This document shows positions 25,001 through 37,519 of a stretch of DNA of 64,000 nt, in pieces. Under the pieces are notes generated by a model, which saw only the letters and a program-made list of their open reading frames with translations, did not search any database and was not told the DNA's origin. Every line of letters starts with the position of its first letter. The stretch's first letter is position 1. This DNA is from Lytechinus pictus (Eukaryota): positions 32,304,001 to 32,368,000 of the forward strand of contig NC_087245.1 of the NCBI RefSeq assembly GCF_037042905.1, given 5' to 3'. The translations under genes were made by a program, and so were the position numbers.

Positions 25001-28000
25001 AATTCCGGAAAATAGTCGGGCTTTTTGTACATCCGACCCCCATTTTTCTCAGGTTTTACTTCACTTCATAAACTGACCTATTCACGATCATTTGAGAGCA
25101 TTACATTACTGTCGTAAGAACCAGAAATCAGAGACAGAAAATTTCATGAAGGTCTCACATACATGGGGTTGGACGTACATATTTTATGGAATTGCCATTT
25201 AACAGAGCTGCTGTTCAAAATCAGTATTTTGGTGAGGAAATGCAGTATTTTCAAAGAAATACCACAGGACAACACATAAAATTTCAGATATCGGTATTTT
25301 GTATAAAACCATCAGTATTTGTCAGTAATACTGACAATCAGAACTAGTTGGCATCTCTGCTTTAAGATAATTGGCTCATACTTGACCTGTTGCCAAATAA
25401 TAAATATAAATGAACACTTTGCTTTTATTCTTTGAATAGGATAACAAATATACAAAATAACCTATATAATCATGCTCATGCCAGTGATCTTAAAAGCCCT
25501 ATTCCGGTTTACAGCCATCGACCTTCATCTGCTCAAGCGCAAATTTTAATTACGAAATAGTTTTATATTTTAATACCTTTCCCGTATAAGACAGCGACAC
25601 TCAGTTCAGGGTCCTCCTCAAATCGACAGAATGCCACTTGTAGCTGTTTGGCTGTCTCTGGGTCGACTGCATTCCTAACGTCAGGTCTGTTTATCCCTAT
25701 CAGGCATATCTTATCCTCTCTCTCCACCTCTACCCTCCTCAAAGATCCTATCAATGGTGAAAAAATGATCACAAACGATTGATACAGGAGACAAGTTCAA
25801 AACAACTCTGAAAACTTACTTATTCAATTCAATAAAGTGAACTCAGTATTCTTTTTCTTTATTCTGAAGCACATAGAGAAATGATGACAATTATAATGAA
25901 AAATAAACTGATGTTGATGATGAAAATAGTAAACCGTACAGTAGACTCAGCATACATGTAGGTTGACCTTCCATAAAAGGTTGAACAATTCCGTAACTTG
26001 AAGAATTATTTAATTTAGTTTGTGCAAGATTGTGTTGTTTACATCTTCTAAGTCGAATTTTGTCTCATACCGTCTTACAGTGGTTTTCAAATTTATCCCG
26101 GTGCTGTTGGAAGACAGCGATACTGCTATAAACCCGCTATAAATGCATTAGCAGTAGGAAAGTTATCCCGCTACAGTCCCAGGATAAATTTCATGTACTG
26201 CATTCGCACTGCAGTGGGTGATTTTAGTAACCTCCGGAACAAACACATGCAAGCTTGTGGAGTGACTCAGATATGACCGGAAACACACTGATCTTAATAT
26301 ACAGATCAGTGCCAGAAACACATCTCTGCTCGCTGGATCCTTGATATCAACTTTTTAAAACTGCTTCATTTATTACTTATTTATTGGCTTCTAGTCAGAA
26401 TTTTGTCATTATTTGAAGTGAAAAATATTGTTATCTCATCAAATTTAACATTCACATAGTAACAAAATTGACTTGAATCCATCGAAGGTATTCTAGTTAG
26501 GAAGCCTTTTGGGAAAGGGGTTTAGTAAGATTGGAGCTAACTCCGTGGTTTGTGGATAAAGATATGACTAACTTGTCCAGGTGTTGAGAAATGGGCCCCT
26601 GCATATCAAAGACAAAAAGCAATGATAAACAGAAGCGGATCTAGAGGGGGGGTTGGGGGGGTTGCAACCCCCCCAAAAAAAAAAATCCGGGGACCATTTT
26701 TTAAAATCTTATCTTTTTTTTTAAACTTGTAATTTTATTTTATTCTATTTCTATGTATTTATTTCATTTATAATTATTATTATTATTTCTTTTTGGGAGT
26801 ATTAGGCTAACAGTGCTTATTCCAAGGTCCCCAATTCTTTGTATCTGTGTTGTTAACTGGCCTTACATTGCAGGAAAATGCAACTTAATTTTACAAATTT
26901 TCATGGGGGTTAATTTGGCAACGACCTCTATACCAAAAAGAGTGGTGTTTTAGATGCAAGAAAACGCCATTTTCACACACAGATTTTCAAAAATTTTCCC
27001 TACTGTGGGAGGGGGGACACCCCCCTCCCACACCCTCCCCCCTCGCTCGCTCCGCTCGCTTGGACTCGGTCGCTACGCTCCCTCGCATACCACCCCAACC
27101 CCCCCCTTTATAAAAAGCTGGATCCGCCCCTGATAAAGAATGCATTTAGATGTATGTGTCTGCATTGTTAAGTTTTGTAGGATGATATGTTTTCAAAAAA
27201 TGTAGACATTTGCAAAATGGAAGAAAATAAATATTTATTTGAATTGAAAAAATAGCTTATTAGCTTTCACTTGGTATAACTTTTTCAAACTCAGTTTGCG
27301 CTTCAAATGGGGTCTTAAAAAAACTGTTGCCAGCTTTGTTGGAAAACCACAATTGTAGGCTCTGCCAAAAAATGGTGAAACCTCACTCTCAACTCCAGAT
27401 CAAGGCAGACTCTGACTTAAGAGATACTGATCTGACGGGGACATCACGATAGACCGCGGGTCCGATAGACCGCGGGTCCGTTAGACCGCGGGTCCGATAG
27501 ACCGCGGGTCCGATAGTCCGCGGGTCCGATAGACCGCGGGTCCGATAGTCCGCAGTGTGTGTAAAATTATGATCAGATATATCAAATGTCATCGAGAGGT
27601 CCAAAGGTCAAATGATACAAGGCCATGGGGTTCTATCAGGTGCGGATCCATGGGGGGGGGGGGGCCGAGGGGGAACTGCCTCACCCCCCAACCCCCAGCT
27701 CAAAAAAGAGGGGGGAAGATGGGAAAAGAGAATACAAAAGAGAGTAAGAAGGAGAAAGGAAGAGAAGAAAAAAAGAGAAGAAAAAGGGGAAAGGAAAGAC
27801 AAAGAAAATGGGAGAAGAAAAGGGGAAAGAAGAGAAAAAAGAGAGGAGGGAAAAGGAAGAGAAGAAAAGAAAGGAGAAAGGGAAAGAAGAAAAGAAAGGA
27901 GAAAGGAAAAGGAGGAAAAAGAAGAAAAAAAGAGGAAGGAAGAGAAGAATATTTGAATAGAGGAAGATGGGAAGAAAGATAAGAAAAGAGAGAGAGAGGA

Positions 28001-31000
28001 AGAGGGGAAAAGAAGAGAAGAAAGAGAGAGGAAGGGGGAGGGAGAGAAGAAGAAAAAAGATTAAAAGAAAAAAAAGGGGGAAAGGAAAGAAAAAGGGAGA
28101 AGTAAAGGGGGAAAGATAAAAAAGTGGAAGAGGGAAAAGAAAGAAAAGAAAAGAACGGAGTAAGGAAAAGGGGGAAAAGAAGAAGAAAAAAAGAGGAAGG
28201 AAGAGAATAATATTTAAAGAGAGAGGAAGATGGGAAAAGAGAAGAAAAAAAGAGAGAGTAAGGGGGAGGAAGAGAAGAAAAACGAGAAAAGAGAGAGGAA
28301 GAGGGAAAGAAAAGACAGAAAAAAGAGAAGAAAAGGGGGAAAGAAAAGATGGGGGAAAAGGAGAAGAAAAGGGGGAAAGAAAAGATGGGGGAAAAGGAGA
28401 AGAAAAGGGGGAAAGGAAGACAAGAAATGAGAGAAGAAAAGGGGAAAATAAAGAGAAGAAAAAGAGAGAGAGAGGAGGAAAAGAAGAGAAGAAGAAAAGG
28501 GAAGAGGGAGAGGGGGAAAGAAAGAGAGAAAGAAAGAGAAAGGAAGGAAGGGGAATGAGGATAAGAGAAAGAAAAAAAAAGAAAGAAAAGGAGATGGGAA
28601 ACGGAAGAGGGATGTTGACCTGGACGTCGATTTGATGGCGCCAAAATGACGTTCGAACTATGGGGCGCCGAACTGATGTTTGAACTGGGAGGGGGGGGGG
28701 CGCCAAATTGATGTTCGAACTAGGGGAGCGCTAATTTGAATATTGACCATAATGCGACAAATACATGTTTCAGAGAGGGGGAGGGAGGGCAAAGTTATAT
28801 TTCACATGGGGGCGCCAAGTTTATGTTCAATCGAGGGCGCCAAATTGACCTTGAACTTAGGGGGCTTCATGCAAATTCATTTTCGACCGGGGGCGCAACA
28901 TTGCCCGTATTGCCTGTTTATAGTGAAATATATGTCCTGACCAAAAAACTTAAATTAATGCGGCTAAATTAAAATATCCCGTTTTTACGATAACAGACAA
29001 AAACAATGTTTTCGAGTTTTAAGTCTGTTTAGCGAGATGGATACCCTGTTGAGGGTCACAAAAAAGGGTTATTATCAAATTCAGCTCGCGCTACGCGCTC
29101 GCAATATTTGATTAATGAGGTATGCATCCTCTGCATCAATCCCACATGTAAGTGTTAGTGTTTTTCAAGTCAACATACATAGGCCGATCCAGGGGGCAAA
29201 GATTTTGCCCCCCCCCCCATGGTGGCGCAAAAAAGGGGTAAGAAACAGAAAAAAAAGAAGAGAAAAAGGACAAGCAATTAGAATAAGAATTATACCTTAG
29301 TCCTTCTTAAGTCAGTATATAAAAAAATTGAGCTCGCGCTTCGCGCTGGCATAAATAAATTGTTCAGTTATATACGCGCATCCCGACCTTACAGTTTTTT
29401 ATGCGAACGAGAAGCACAAGCTGAAAATATTTGATATTCTAACCTGACAACTGAAAATGTATTTTTCATTTCATCATTAAAAAAGTTTTCAGCTAGCGCT
29501 TCGCGGTCGCATTAATTTCTTAACAGATATGCTTCGTGTTCATCATAACAACTACTAACATAGGCGGATCAAGGCGGCCCGAGGGCAACCCCCCCCCCCC
29601 CCCTATTGACAGAGCAAATAAAATGGGAAAAACGGGGAAATAAAAAAGGGGGAAAGAAAGGAGAAAAAAGAAGACGAAACATAAAAGGAGGAAGACGAGT
29701 GAATGAAATAAGGTAAGGAGAAGACTTGGAAAACAATTTTTGAAAATATTTAAAGGACAAGTCCACCCCACCAAAAATTTGATTTGAATAAAAAGAGAAA
29801 AATCTAACAAGCATAACACTGAAAATTTCATCAAAATCGGATGTAAAATAAGAAAGTTATGACATTTTAAAGTTTCGCTTCATTTCACAAAAGAGTTATA
29901 TGCACATCCCGGTCGGTATGCAAATGAGGGAACTGATGACATCACTCACTCACTATTTCTTTTGTATTTTATTATGAGAATTATGAAATATTTTGATTTT
30001 CTCGTCATTGTCATGTGAAATGAAGTTCCATTCCTCCCTGAATACGTGGAATTCCATTATTTTAACATTTTGTGGTTCAGGCAAGGAGGTCCTAATCGTC
30101 AAATTCGTAAAAATTGAAATAATGTATAATTCAAACAATAAAAAACAAAAGAAATAGTGAGTGAGTGACATCATCGACTCTCTAATTTGGATGTAACTGG
30201 CTCGTTCATATAACTATTTTCTTAAAAATAAGCGAAACTTTGAAATGTCATAACTTTCTTATTTTGCATCCGATTTTGATGAAATTTTCAGCATTGTGTT
30301 TGTTTGATTTTTCTCTAATGATTCAAATCAACATTTTGTTGGGGTGGACTTGACCTTTAATGTCACTATATTAAAGTTTCGCTCGCGCATCGCGCTCGCA
30401 TTGCCTGTTCGATGAGATACATATCTTGCTCAATATGCTGATATGTAGTTTAAAATATCAAGTTTTGATATCAATATACAAAACATAATTCAGCTCGGAC
30501 ATCGATCTTTCATTATTTTGTTTTATTTACCAATTTATGTTTTTAAGTGCTCTGGAAAATAAATGTCCGTTTTATAGTTTTTTGTATTTCATATAAGATT
30601 CTCTAAATATACCTTTTCAGGTGTCTCGATTGTAAAAAAAAATAACAAAGGCCTATGAGCTAGCGCTGTGCGCTCGCATTTTGATTGGTGAGTTATGTAT
30701 ACCTATTTATTAATTCTATAACAATTAAACTACTTAAATCCCCCCATTAAAAAATTCCGGATCGCGATTTGCGCTCGCATTATTTGCTAAAAATATATCA
30801 ACCAAAGAATCCTATTCATGATTACAAAAATACTTGAAATATCAGGTTTTCAGGCCTCATGTATTGTCAACAAATTTCACACACTCATTAGGCTTAACAG
30901 ATTAATAAATACGAAATAAAATTTGTATGAATTCATAAAAACTAAATTGTCCCTTTTTCAGAAATAAATATTGACAAGTTTTAGGAAAAGAAATAGAAGA

Positions 31001-34000
31001 TAGTCATCATTCTTATATGATGACAAAATGTCCTTAGGCCTAAAATGTCTCGATCCTAGGTCAAAATAATAATAAAATATCAGCTCGCGCTTCGCGCTCG
31101 CATTATTTATATAGTGCTATCAAATTTCCCTATATACACAGTGCTGTAAACAGTGCTTAAATTGACCCTTTTCACATCGGAATTTCAAATATTATTTTCA
31201 GTTCGGGCTCTGCGCTCGCATTATTGATTTTTATGATGAAAAATGAAATGTATTCAGATTGCCAGGATTCTGTCTAACTCTAAAACACGTGCACGCATGT
31301 TTTTTGAGATACAAATGTTGATCTTATTCACAACGTGCTAAAATTATCCAGTTTCGGATCAGAATATCAAAAATGTTCTGCTCGCGCTTTGCGCTTGCAT
31401 TATTATTGTAAGAAGATACCAAAAATTACCCATGCTTTTTCATGATTGACAAACATGAATCGAATGTCCCATTGGGGGATTTGAAATCTCATCTTTTTAG
31501 GTTGGAATATCAAAAATGTTCAGCTCGCACTTCGCGCTCGCATTATTTAATCGTTGAAATATGTATCGTCTTAATGGCTAACTGCAAAACATCCTTAACA
31601 GGTCCCTTTTCGACCAGGCCAGAACGAATATTTAAAATTTCTGCTCGCGCTTCGCGCTCGTGGTAATTATCTAGTTACATACGCGTCCTGTTCAGGTTCA
31701 CAAACATTGCCCAAAATGTTCAATTTTCAGGACAAAATACATGAAATTTCATTTTTAGATTACATAGGGCTTAAGAGATTATTACACATTTATGTTGCTT
31801 ATAAAGTAAATTAAGCTAGGAAATGACTGTTAGGACATGGGCGTTTTGCCCCCCCCCCAAAAAAAAAAAGAGAATCAAGACTAAGCAAAAATAGAGAGAA
31901 AAGGAAAGGGATTAGGATGAAATATAATATTATTTTCCAAATATTATGTCAAAATCTATCACAACCTTGTATTTTTGTAATAAAAATGTCATAATATTTG
32001 CTTGCTTGCTTCGCTCACTGGCAACTTCTTATTAATTTCATGCGATACACCATATCGAGCCCCCTCGAAATTGTTGGCTCATTACGGCACTGGGACAACC
32101 CCTTCAAAGAAACCAAAAAAAAATCAACTTTGAGCGGCCGATCGGGGAAAATATGGGTGAAAAAATGACCCCTCCCCCTATTGGCGGAAGCTGGGTCCGC
32201 CCCTGACTTAGGCTTTCAGGATATAATACATGAAAAATCTATTTTAAAAAAAATCAGATCGAGCTTCGTGTACTCATTATTTATTTAGTCCTTGTGAGAT
32301 ACCTCAATGTGTTTTTAAGAATGAAATCTCAGATTTTTTTAACGTCTACCCATCTCCCACTTCATTTATTTTTTTAACTTGGTGCCGTCGCCACCCCCCC
32401 CCCCCGTGCACCCATGCTGAATAAATACGCCGCTGATGAGGAGAATTTGTCGATTGCTTCGAGATTGCATTATTCCCAAGAGGTTATTTAGTATTCTAAA
32501 ACAACGTACAGTACAGAAACTACAGCTCCCGTTCACACAATATTCTAGTAGGGCCTACTCTGGTTACAAGTTAAACCAAATTGAACCCCCCCAAAAAAAA
32601 AAAAAAATCACTCGTGCTTCGCGCTCCTATTTATATTACATTATATATTCATGGATTTTTTTTTTTCAAGAACAGATGAAAAAGTGGTCTTTGTTTTTTT
32701 TTATGTGATTATAAGATAATTCAAAATCCATTTAAGGCACTTAAGTTAGCCTGACCGGGAGGGAGTGGGCGCCATTTTTCGAAAAGTACACATGGGTGCC
32801 AAAAAAAGGGTCGAATTCCCCCCCCCCCCTCCCTCCCCACGAAATCCTGGATCCGCGCCTGGGTTCTATAACAATAACCCAATTAGGGCAATCACCCCCT
32901 GAAAACTACTTCAAGGAAAATATTATCCCCATATTTTTACCGCCGGGGACTGTTACCCCCCCCCCCCGGAAATTTACCCTCCAGACAATTACCCCGGATA
33001 ATTACCCCTAGTACGGAGCCTTGAAAATGCCATCAACGTGACGACATGGCGTGGTACTTTATCTTGCCATGTCTTAAATAATCATTGGCGGCGGAAGAAA
33101 AAAAATTTAGGGGGGTCCACCTGAAATTTTGGGATGGACACAGGTAAAAAATTTGACAAGCAAATCAACCAAAATTTATAGGAGGGACCACCAAAATTTT
33201 TTGACAAGAAAAAAAAAAGGTTATCAACCAAAATTAGGGGGGGGGACAAAAATATTTTAGTGGGGGTCCACCTCAATTTAGGGGGGGGACGTAGAAAACA
33301 AATTGACAACCAAAAAAAGGGTTCTCAACTAAAAATCTAGGGGGGACCGTCCCCCACCTCAAATTTATGGGGGAAAGGTCCCCCCCCCCGCTTCCACCGC
33401 CTAATTGTAATTAATACGCTTATTATTTCGACATAGCTATATATTCTATCTTGTCAAATCGATATGTCCACATGGCGAGATATGAAGTGTAGGCCTACAA
33501 GTCCCGATATATCGCCATGTTGACATGTAACTTATTTAAGTCGACTTGGCAAGATAAAATATTTCGCCATGTTGACATATAACTTTTTATAAGTGGACTG
33601 ACTTGGCAGGATAACGTATCGCGCCATGTGGACATAATAAGCTTATTTAGTCGACAGGGCAAGGTAAAGTATCTCGCCATGTCGTCAAGTCGATGGCATT
33701 TTAGAGGCTCCGTATGGCGTCGAGAGGGTAAATTTCCGGGGGGGGGGGGGGGGGGTAACAATCCCTGACGATAAAAATATGGGGATAATATTTTCCTTGA
33801 AGTAGATGTCAGGGGGCGATTGTCCGTTGGGTCATCGTTATAGAACCCCATGGACTCGTATCATTGGCCTTTTGACCTCTTGATGACATTGGATCTCACT
33901 ATATCCTGAACATAATTTTACACACACCGCGGACTATCGGACCCGCGGTCTATCGGACCCGCGGTCTATCGGACCCGCGGTCTATCGGACCCGTGGACTA

Positions 34001-37000
34001 TCGGACCCGCGGTCTATCGGACCCGCGGACTATCGGACCCGCGGTCTATCGGACCCGCGGTCTATCGGGCTGTAACCGATCTGTTCCGTATTATTTGCAG
34101 TCCACTACCCTGTTTGCATTGACAGACCTGCCAACCTCTGGAAATGAAAAAGTGTATTTTGTGATAAAAAAAAGTGTATTTTCCCCAAAAAAAGTGTATT
34201 TCATAATAAAATGTGTGGCGCACTCGCTCATCGCGGCGCTCAAACTGCATGCAAGCTAAAATGCGCACTGCTCTTGCAGATGAAAAAGAAAAAACATTTA
34301 AACATGTGTATATCTCACCCTGGTTTTAACAAAATGATTGAAAAAACAACAAGTTACCTAAAATTACATTGGTCTAATAACCATATTTGTGTAAGTTTTA
34401 TGAAATAGAGACTAGAGATGATTTTTCTCAATAAATTACGATTTTGTAAAAAAAAAAATATATATATATTTTTTTTTTACAAAAACATATTTTTAAAAGA
34501 AAAAACGTACTGCCGTATTTTGGTTGCAAAAACGTACTAAATACGCCAAAAACGTACTGGTTGGCAGGTCTGCATTGAGTGACTTGAGCCTATGATAGCC
34601 TAGTTTATCTGCATTTTATTTTATTAAAAGTAAAAACTCAGGGTGACCTTCCCCTGTAACTCAAGGAGCTCTTGATTATGTTTATGCAACACACAATCTA
34701 GAACATCTTTAAAATAACATTTCATTCAGTTTCTAGTTTGTTTGGCCTATTTAAGATAATAATATCGAGCTTGTATAACTTGTTGGCGGTCTAAGTCGTA
34801 GAGCGTGAGACTCATGGGTTAATACGTACTAGAGGGTTTTAGTCTCTTAATAATTGCCTAATAGTACCCCCAACAAGGCTTCATTTTTTTTTTCAGTCAA
34901 AATTTGATTATGATGGCATTGTTTGGCACAATTTCTCTTAAGAATATATATAGTGATTATATTACCAACCGGCCTTGTATTTCCTAACGCATCAGAAAAT
35001 AATTTCAATACACTTAAAACTTTGAAAAACAATAAAATATGGTTGAAATAGCCAATCAGTGATTTTGTAAATTGTTGAATTTTTCCCACAAAAAACACAC
35101 ATTCCGTAATACCATACCATTTTCAAGTGACCAAAATATTTCACATGTGAAGGGGTGTGATCGCAAGCTGATATCACAAAAAAGAAGAATGATCTCGGCA
35201 AAAATTTTACATCTATATTTTTGTAGGTATTTATGTATGGTGCTGTGACCTTAATTCTTGCGTTACCTAATTTTTGAGCACAGTCGAATATCTCAATATC
35301 TAATCAAAATCTGGAAAAACTGATATTATCACCAACAGAAAAAGCGACCCAAAATTACCCAGTATGGTAATTTTCTTGAAGGTAGGTTCTCAATTAGTGA
35401 AAATATTGGTAAAACATTGGCAAATATCAACAAGCTTCGAGAAATCGCTAAGTTTGCAAGCAGAGGTCTCCAAAAATGTAAGTAAAATGTGATACCAACC
35501 AAATTTATGGCATTTTAATTTCCATCTGATACAATTATCTTACCTTTGTCTCCTTGATTTCTTTTCTAAATCTTTGCAAAACCATCATGCCCAAATTAAG
35601 GTCACACTTTTTTTATTATACTTTTTCAGCCGAGCGCGCACAGTCAATTGTCATGGAATTTTGAGATTGCGATACCAGCGAAACCCTTGACCTACTTTAT
35701 AATTCTGTCAAACAAATTTGACTCTGGGATCTTGCCTTCCGTTTGGTATTCATGATTTCGATTAATTTTGTGTGAACTGTGAGAAATTTTTGATTGAAAA
35801 TCAACTTCATGATAATTTTCAAAATGTGCACAAGTTATGGTCACCCCATCATAAGTTTGATGAATTAAAAAAAAAAATTGTTTGATATGATTGAATTTAT
35901 GAAGTGTTCAGTGATACAATCCACTGACATACACCTAGTCTACCCTCAGCAACATAGTCAATGTTAATCAACTAAAACTTTTCAAGGATGAAAGAAATTC
36001 ATGATAAGTCTCCACTCAGGTTTTTCCAGTCAAAGTTGAATGAATTTCAGCTAGTGTGCAGACATCGGACACTTGCACTGCAGTCTGCAACTACCAATAC
36101 ATGACCAAGAACATTTCTTTTTTTGACAGCTGCTCAACTTGAAATAAAAACAATTAGGTAGAGAATTAGAGGATCCCTAGAACTACATTATGTACATATA
36201 ATGGCATATCTTTCATTCATAGAATCTAGCCCACATAGATCTCCAATCGCAAACGTTAGAATCCAACTTATAGACATGCTAGATAGGGGGCCGGTATAGG
36301 ATAAGACAAAAGTCTTTCAAATTTAACTGTTCAACTAGATCTAGACTTTAAATTAATTGAAATTACTAAAAACAAATAGTTTGGGGCCAAGGCAGTCTTT
36401 TTGAAACTGGCTGTTGAGCAAAAAATCAAGCAATTATTTAGATTCTAGATCAGGGATGGTCCAGGCTGGAGATATCAATATCTCAATAAATAGAGTTAAA
36501 TTCACAGAGCAAAATGCTGAAAATTTGATAAAAATTGGGTAACAAATAATGAAGTTATTGAATTTTAAAGATTTGCATTATTCCGGTGAAACAGTTTTAG
36601 GCATGCATGTCTTTATGAATATTTATTAGGTGAGCTGATGATGTCATGATATCCCCAGTTTGTTCTTTTGTATTTTATTATATGAAATTAGGTTTATTCA
36701 AGATTTTGGCCTTATCCTGAAATAAGTCACCTCACTTCTCGTGTGTGTGCGCTCGTCGTGTACAAAGTCAATGGGAGATGAGTCACCGAAATAAACGGCA
36801 GTGAATGGAGTGGTGACTTAAACCATGATAATGCCAAGATTTTTCTACCAAGAACTAAGACAATTGGATTGACAACTGATTAAGTGCATTACAACTTATT
36901 TTATCATAATGCCATGGAGACACATAATTTACATATCATGCATAGGCCCCTATGTATGAAAAAATGAAACATTTATGATTTCGTGTAATAACAATTAACA

Positions 37001-37519
37001 TAAGAAAAAGGAAAGTGGGAATGTGAGTCATGTGACATCATCAGCCCACCTAATGAATATCATGACCATGAGCATTTAATTGTTTTCACAAAATATTGTC
37101 AATTTTGATAAACTTTAAAATTCAATAACTTTGTTATGACTTTAATATGTGTCATCCGATTTTGATGAAATTTTCAGCGTTTTGCTCTGTGAATTTTACT
37201 CTATTCATTTTGATATTAATATTTTCAGCCCGGACCATCCATTTAAGCAAACAGATTGTCAAAACACAGTCATTCACCACTCAGTCAATGACAATGAATG
37301 ATCAGTCTCACTCAGCATGCTCATTTTTCAAATTTCAGTGAGTAAAATAAAAAAAGTTTCCAGGAAAATAGTGTCATTAGTGAGTCGCCCCTAGCCCCCA
37401 CGGCCCACCTGCCTTGTAATATTCTTACCAGATGAACAATATCTGACACCAACTCTCATGACTGCATTTGGTAGAAATGAACGAAATCGCTGTAAAAACA
37501 CCATTTTGTTCGTCAGCAT
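10049..37519 (-). CDS. Crotonase/enoyl-CoA hydratase-isomerase family protein (bacterial EchA-like subfamily), 7 coding exons, 296 aa
   Basis: Exons 37519-37429, 25747-25577, 24562-24474, 23778-23634, 23208-23059, 14745-14602, 10149-10049. All introns are GT-AG with compatible phases, 891 nt total. Motifs: INRPDVRNAVD, GGNFCAGWDL, KPVIGAVSGYAVAGGMELALICDLRVA, RRFGVPLIDG, RALDLILTGRPVDADEALSMGLVNRVV. Ends DFKSKL*. Confidence 0.92.
12270..13340 (+). mobile_element. 5'-truncated, decayed non-LTR retrotransposon (CR1/L2-group-like RT and C-terminal region)
   Basis: DFKKAFDVVPH, SGVPQGTVLGPLLF, RLFVDDC, YLGI, EKVQRRAAR and LGWGSLEESR spread across frameshifts. Confidence 0.9.
13436..13590. mobile_element. 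~150-bp MITE; related copies at ~45590-45750, ~50350-50500 and ~58430-58580
   Basis: TIR core gtttcataaa/tttatgaaac with a central agccaatca motif, recurring across the window. Confidence 0.6.
13610..13885 (-). pseudogene. Decayed RAG1-N-terminus/Chapaev-like zinc-finger ORF, probably a transposon relic
   Basis: HTQNLTELCRFCG...KKFPV...KINIVNDEQMYMP..CMCKKY...HSRTDCKRW fits H-x7-CRxCG-xn-D-x4-(H)P-..CxxC-xn-H-x4-CxxC with several ligands mutated. Confidence 0.55.
14789..15212. repeat. Crypton-like non-autonomous hairpin element; similar architecture at ~54970-55160
   Basis: ~160-bp imperfect palindrome aataatgaatgtt...aacattcattatt, followed by an atatgacac repeat and inverted repeat at the far end. 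Confidence 0.45.
17569..18065 (+). mobile_element. Decayed HINE/Helentron-like element fragment
   Basis: 5' ttttgtctcgcctgc...agcagagcaggacta, followed by repeated aaggtcaaaggtca-type units. Confidence 0.45.
19470..19665 (+). mobile_element. tRNA-derived SINE (decayed)
   Basis: A-box-like tagctcgatcgg and B-box gggttcgattccc, followed by a non-tRNA body. Confidence 0.6.
25203..25359. mobile_element. Small CAGAG-TIR MITE
   Basis: Ends cagagctgc / gcatctctg. Flanks atttaa and ctttaa (6 bp, 1 mismatch). Confidence 0.5.
26630..27132. mobile_element. hAT-like G/C-run MITE
   Basis: TIRs cagaagcggatctag / ctggatccgcccctg with poly-G/poly-C subtermini. Confidence 0.6.
27700..28612 (+). repeat. ~900-bp almost pure purine (GA-rich) low-complexity tract
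   Basis: Nearly all A/G, with short internal duplications such as gaaagaaaagatgggggaaaaggagaagaaaaggggg x2. Confidence 0.95.
29754..30356. mobile_element. Palindromic Kolobok-like MITE with TTAA TSD
   Basis: TTAA|aggacaagtccacccc ... ggggtggacttgacct|TTAA, with ~200-bp inverted arms. Confidence 0.85.
33014..33712. mobile_element. TA-flanked TIR element with internal ~51-bp tandem repeats
   Basis: ta|cggagcct..aaatgccatc / gatggcattt..aggctccg|ta. Repeats cgccatgttgacat... at 33470-33690. Contains a G-rich MITE at 33082-33404. Confidence 0.65.
34123..34572. mobile_element. MITE with perfect 14-bp TIR and 6-bp TSD CATTGA
   Basis: cagacctgccaacc / ggttggcaggtctg. CATTGA at 34117-34122 and 34573-34578. 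Confidence 0.85.
36452..37242. mobile_element. Kolobok-like palindromic MITE (decayed)
   Basis: gggatggtccaggctg / cagcccggaccatcc followed by TTAA. Inverted arms resemble those of the 29754 element. Confidence 0.6.

Larger units (their letters stand above)
27637..32861. mobile_element. Nested non-autonomous hAT-like element with 8-bp TSD GGTTCTAT
   Basis: TIRs caggtgcggatcca / tggatccgcgcctg (13/14). GGTTCTAT at 27629-27636 and 32862-32869. Confidence 0.85.
27437..34077. mobile_element. Long-TIR element with subterminal 17-bp tandem arrays, interrupted by nested elements
   Basis: Array (gatagaccgcgggtccg-type)n at ~27447-27552 with an inverted array at ~33928-34068. Arms continue 27553-27636 plus 32870-32985, matching 33720-33927. 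GG..CC termini. Flanks gatctgac / gatctgtt. Confidence 0.8.

Noticed and set aside
27447..27552. 17-bp repeats as a CRISPR array
   Set aside because: Head-to-tail repeats with no spacers, eukaryotic context, no cas genes; they are part of a TIR.
27557..28706. Long ORFs (341, 314, 141 aa) rich in F/S/L or K/R/E
   Set aside because: These are translations of the GA low-complexity tract, with no domain or splice support.
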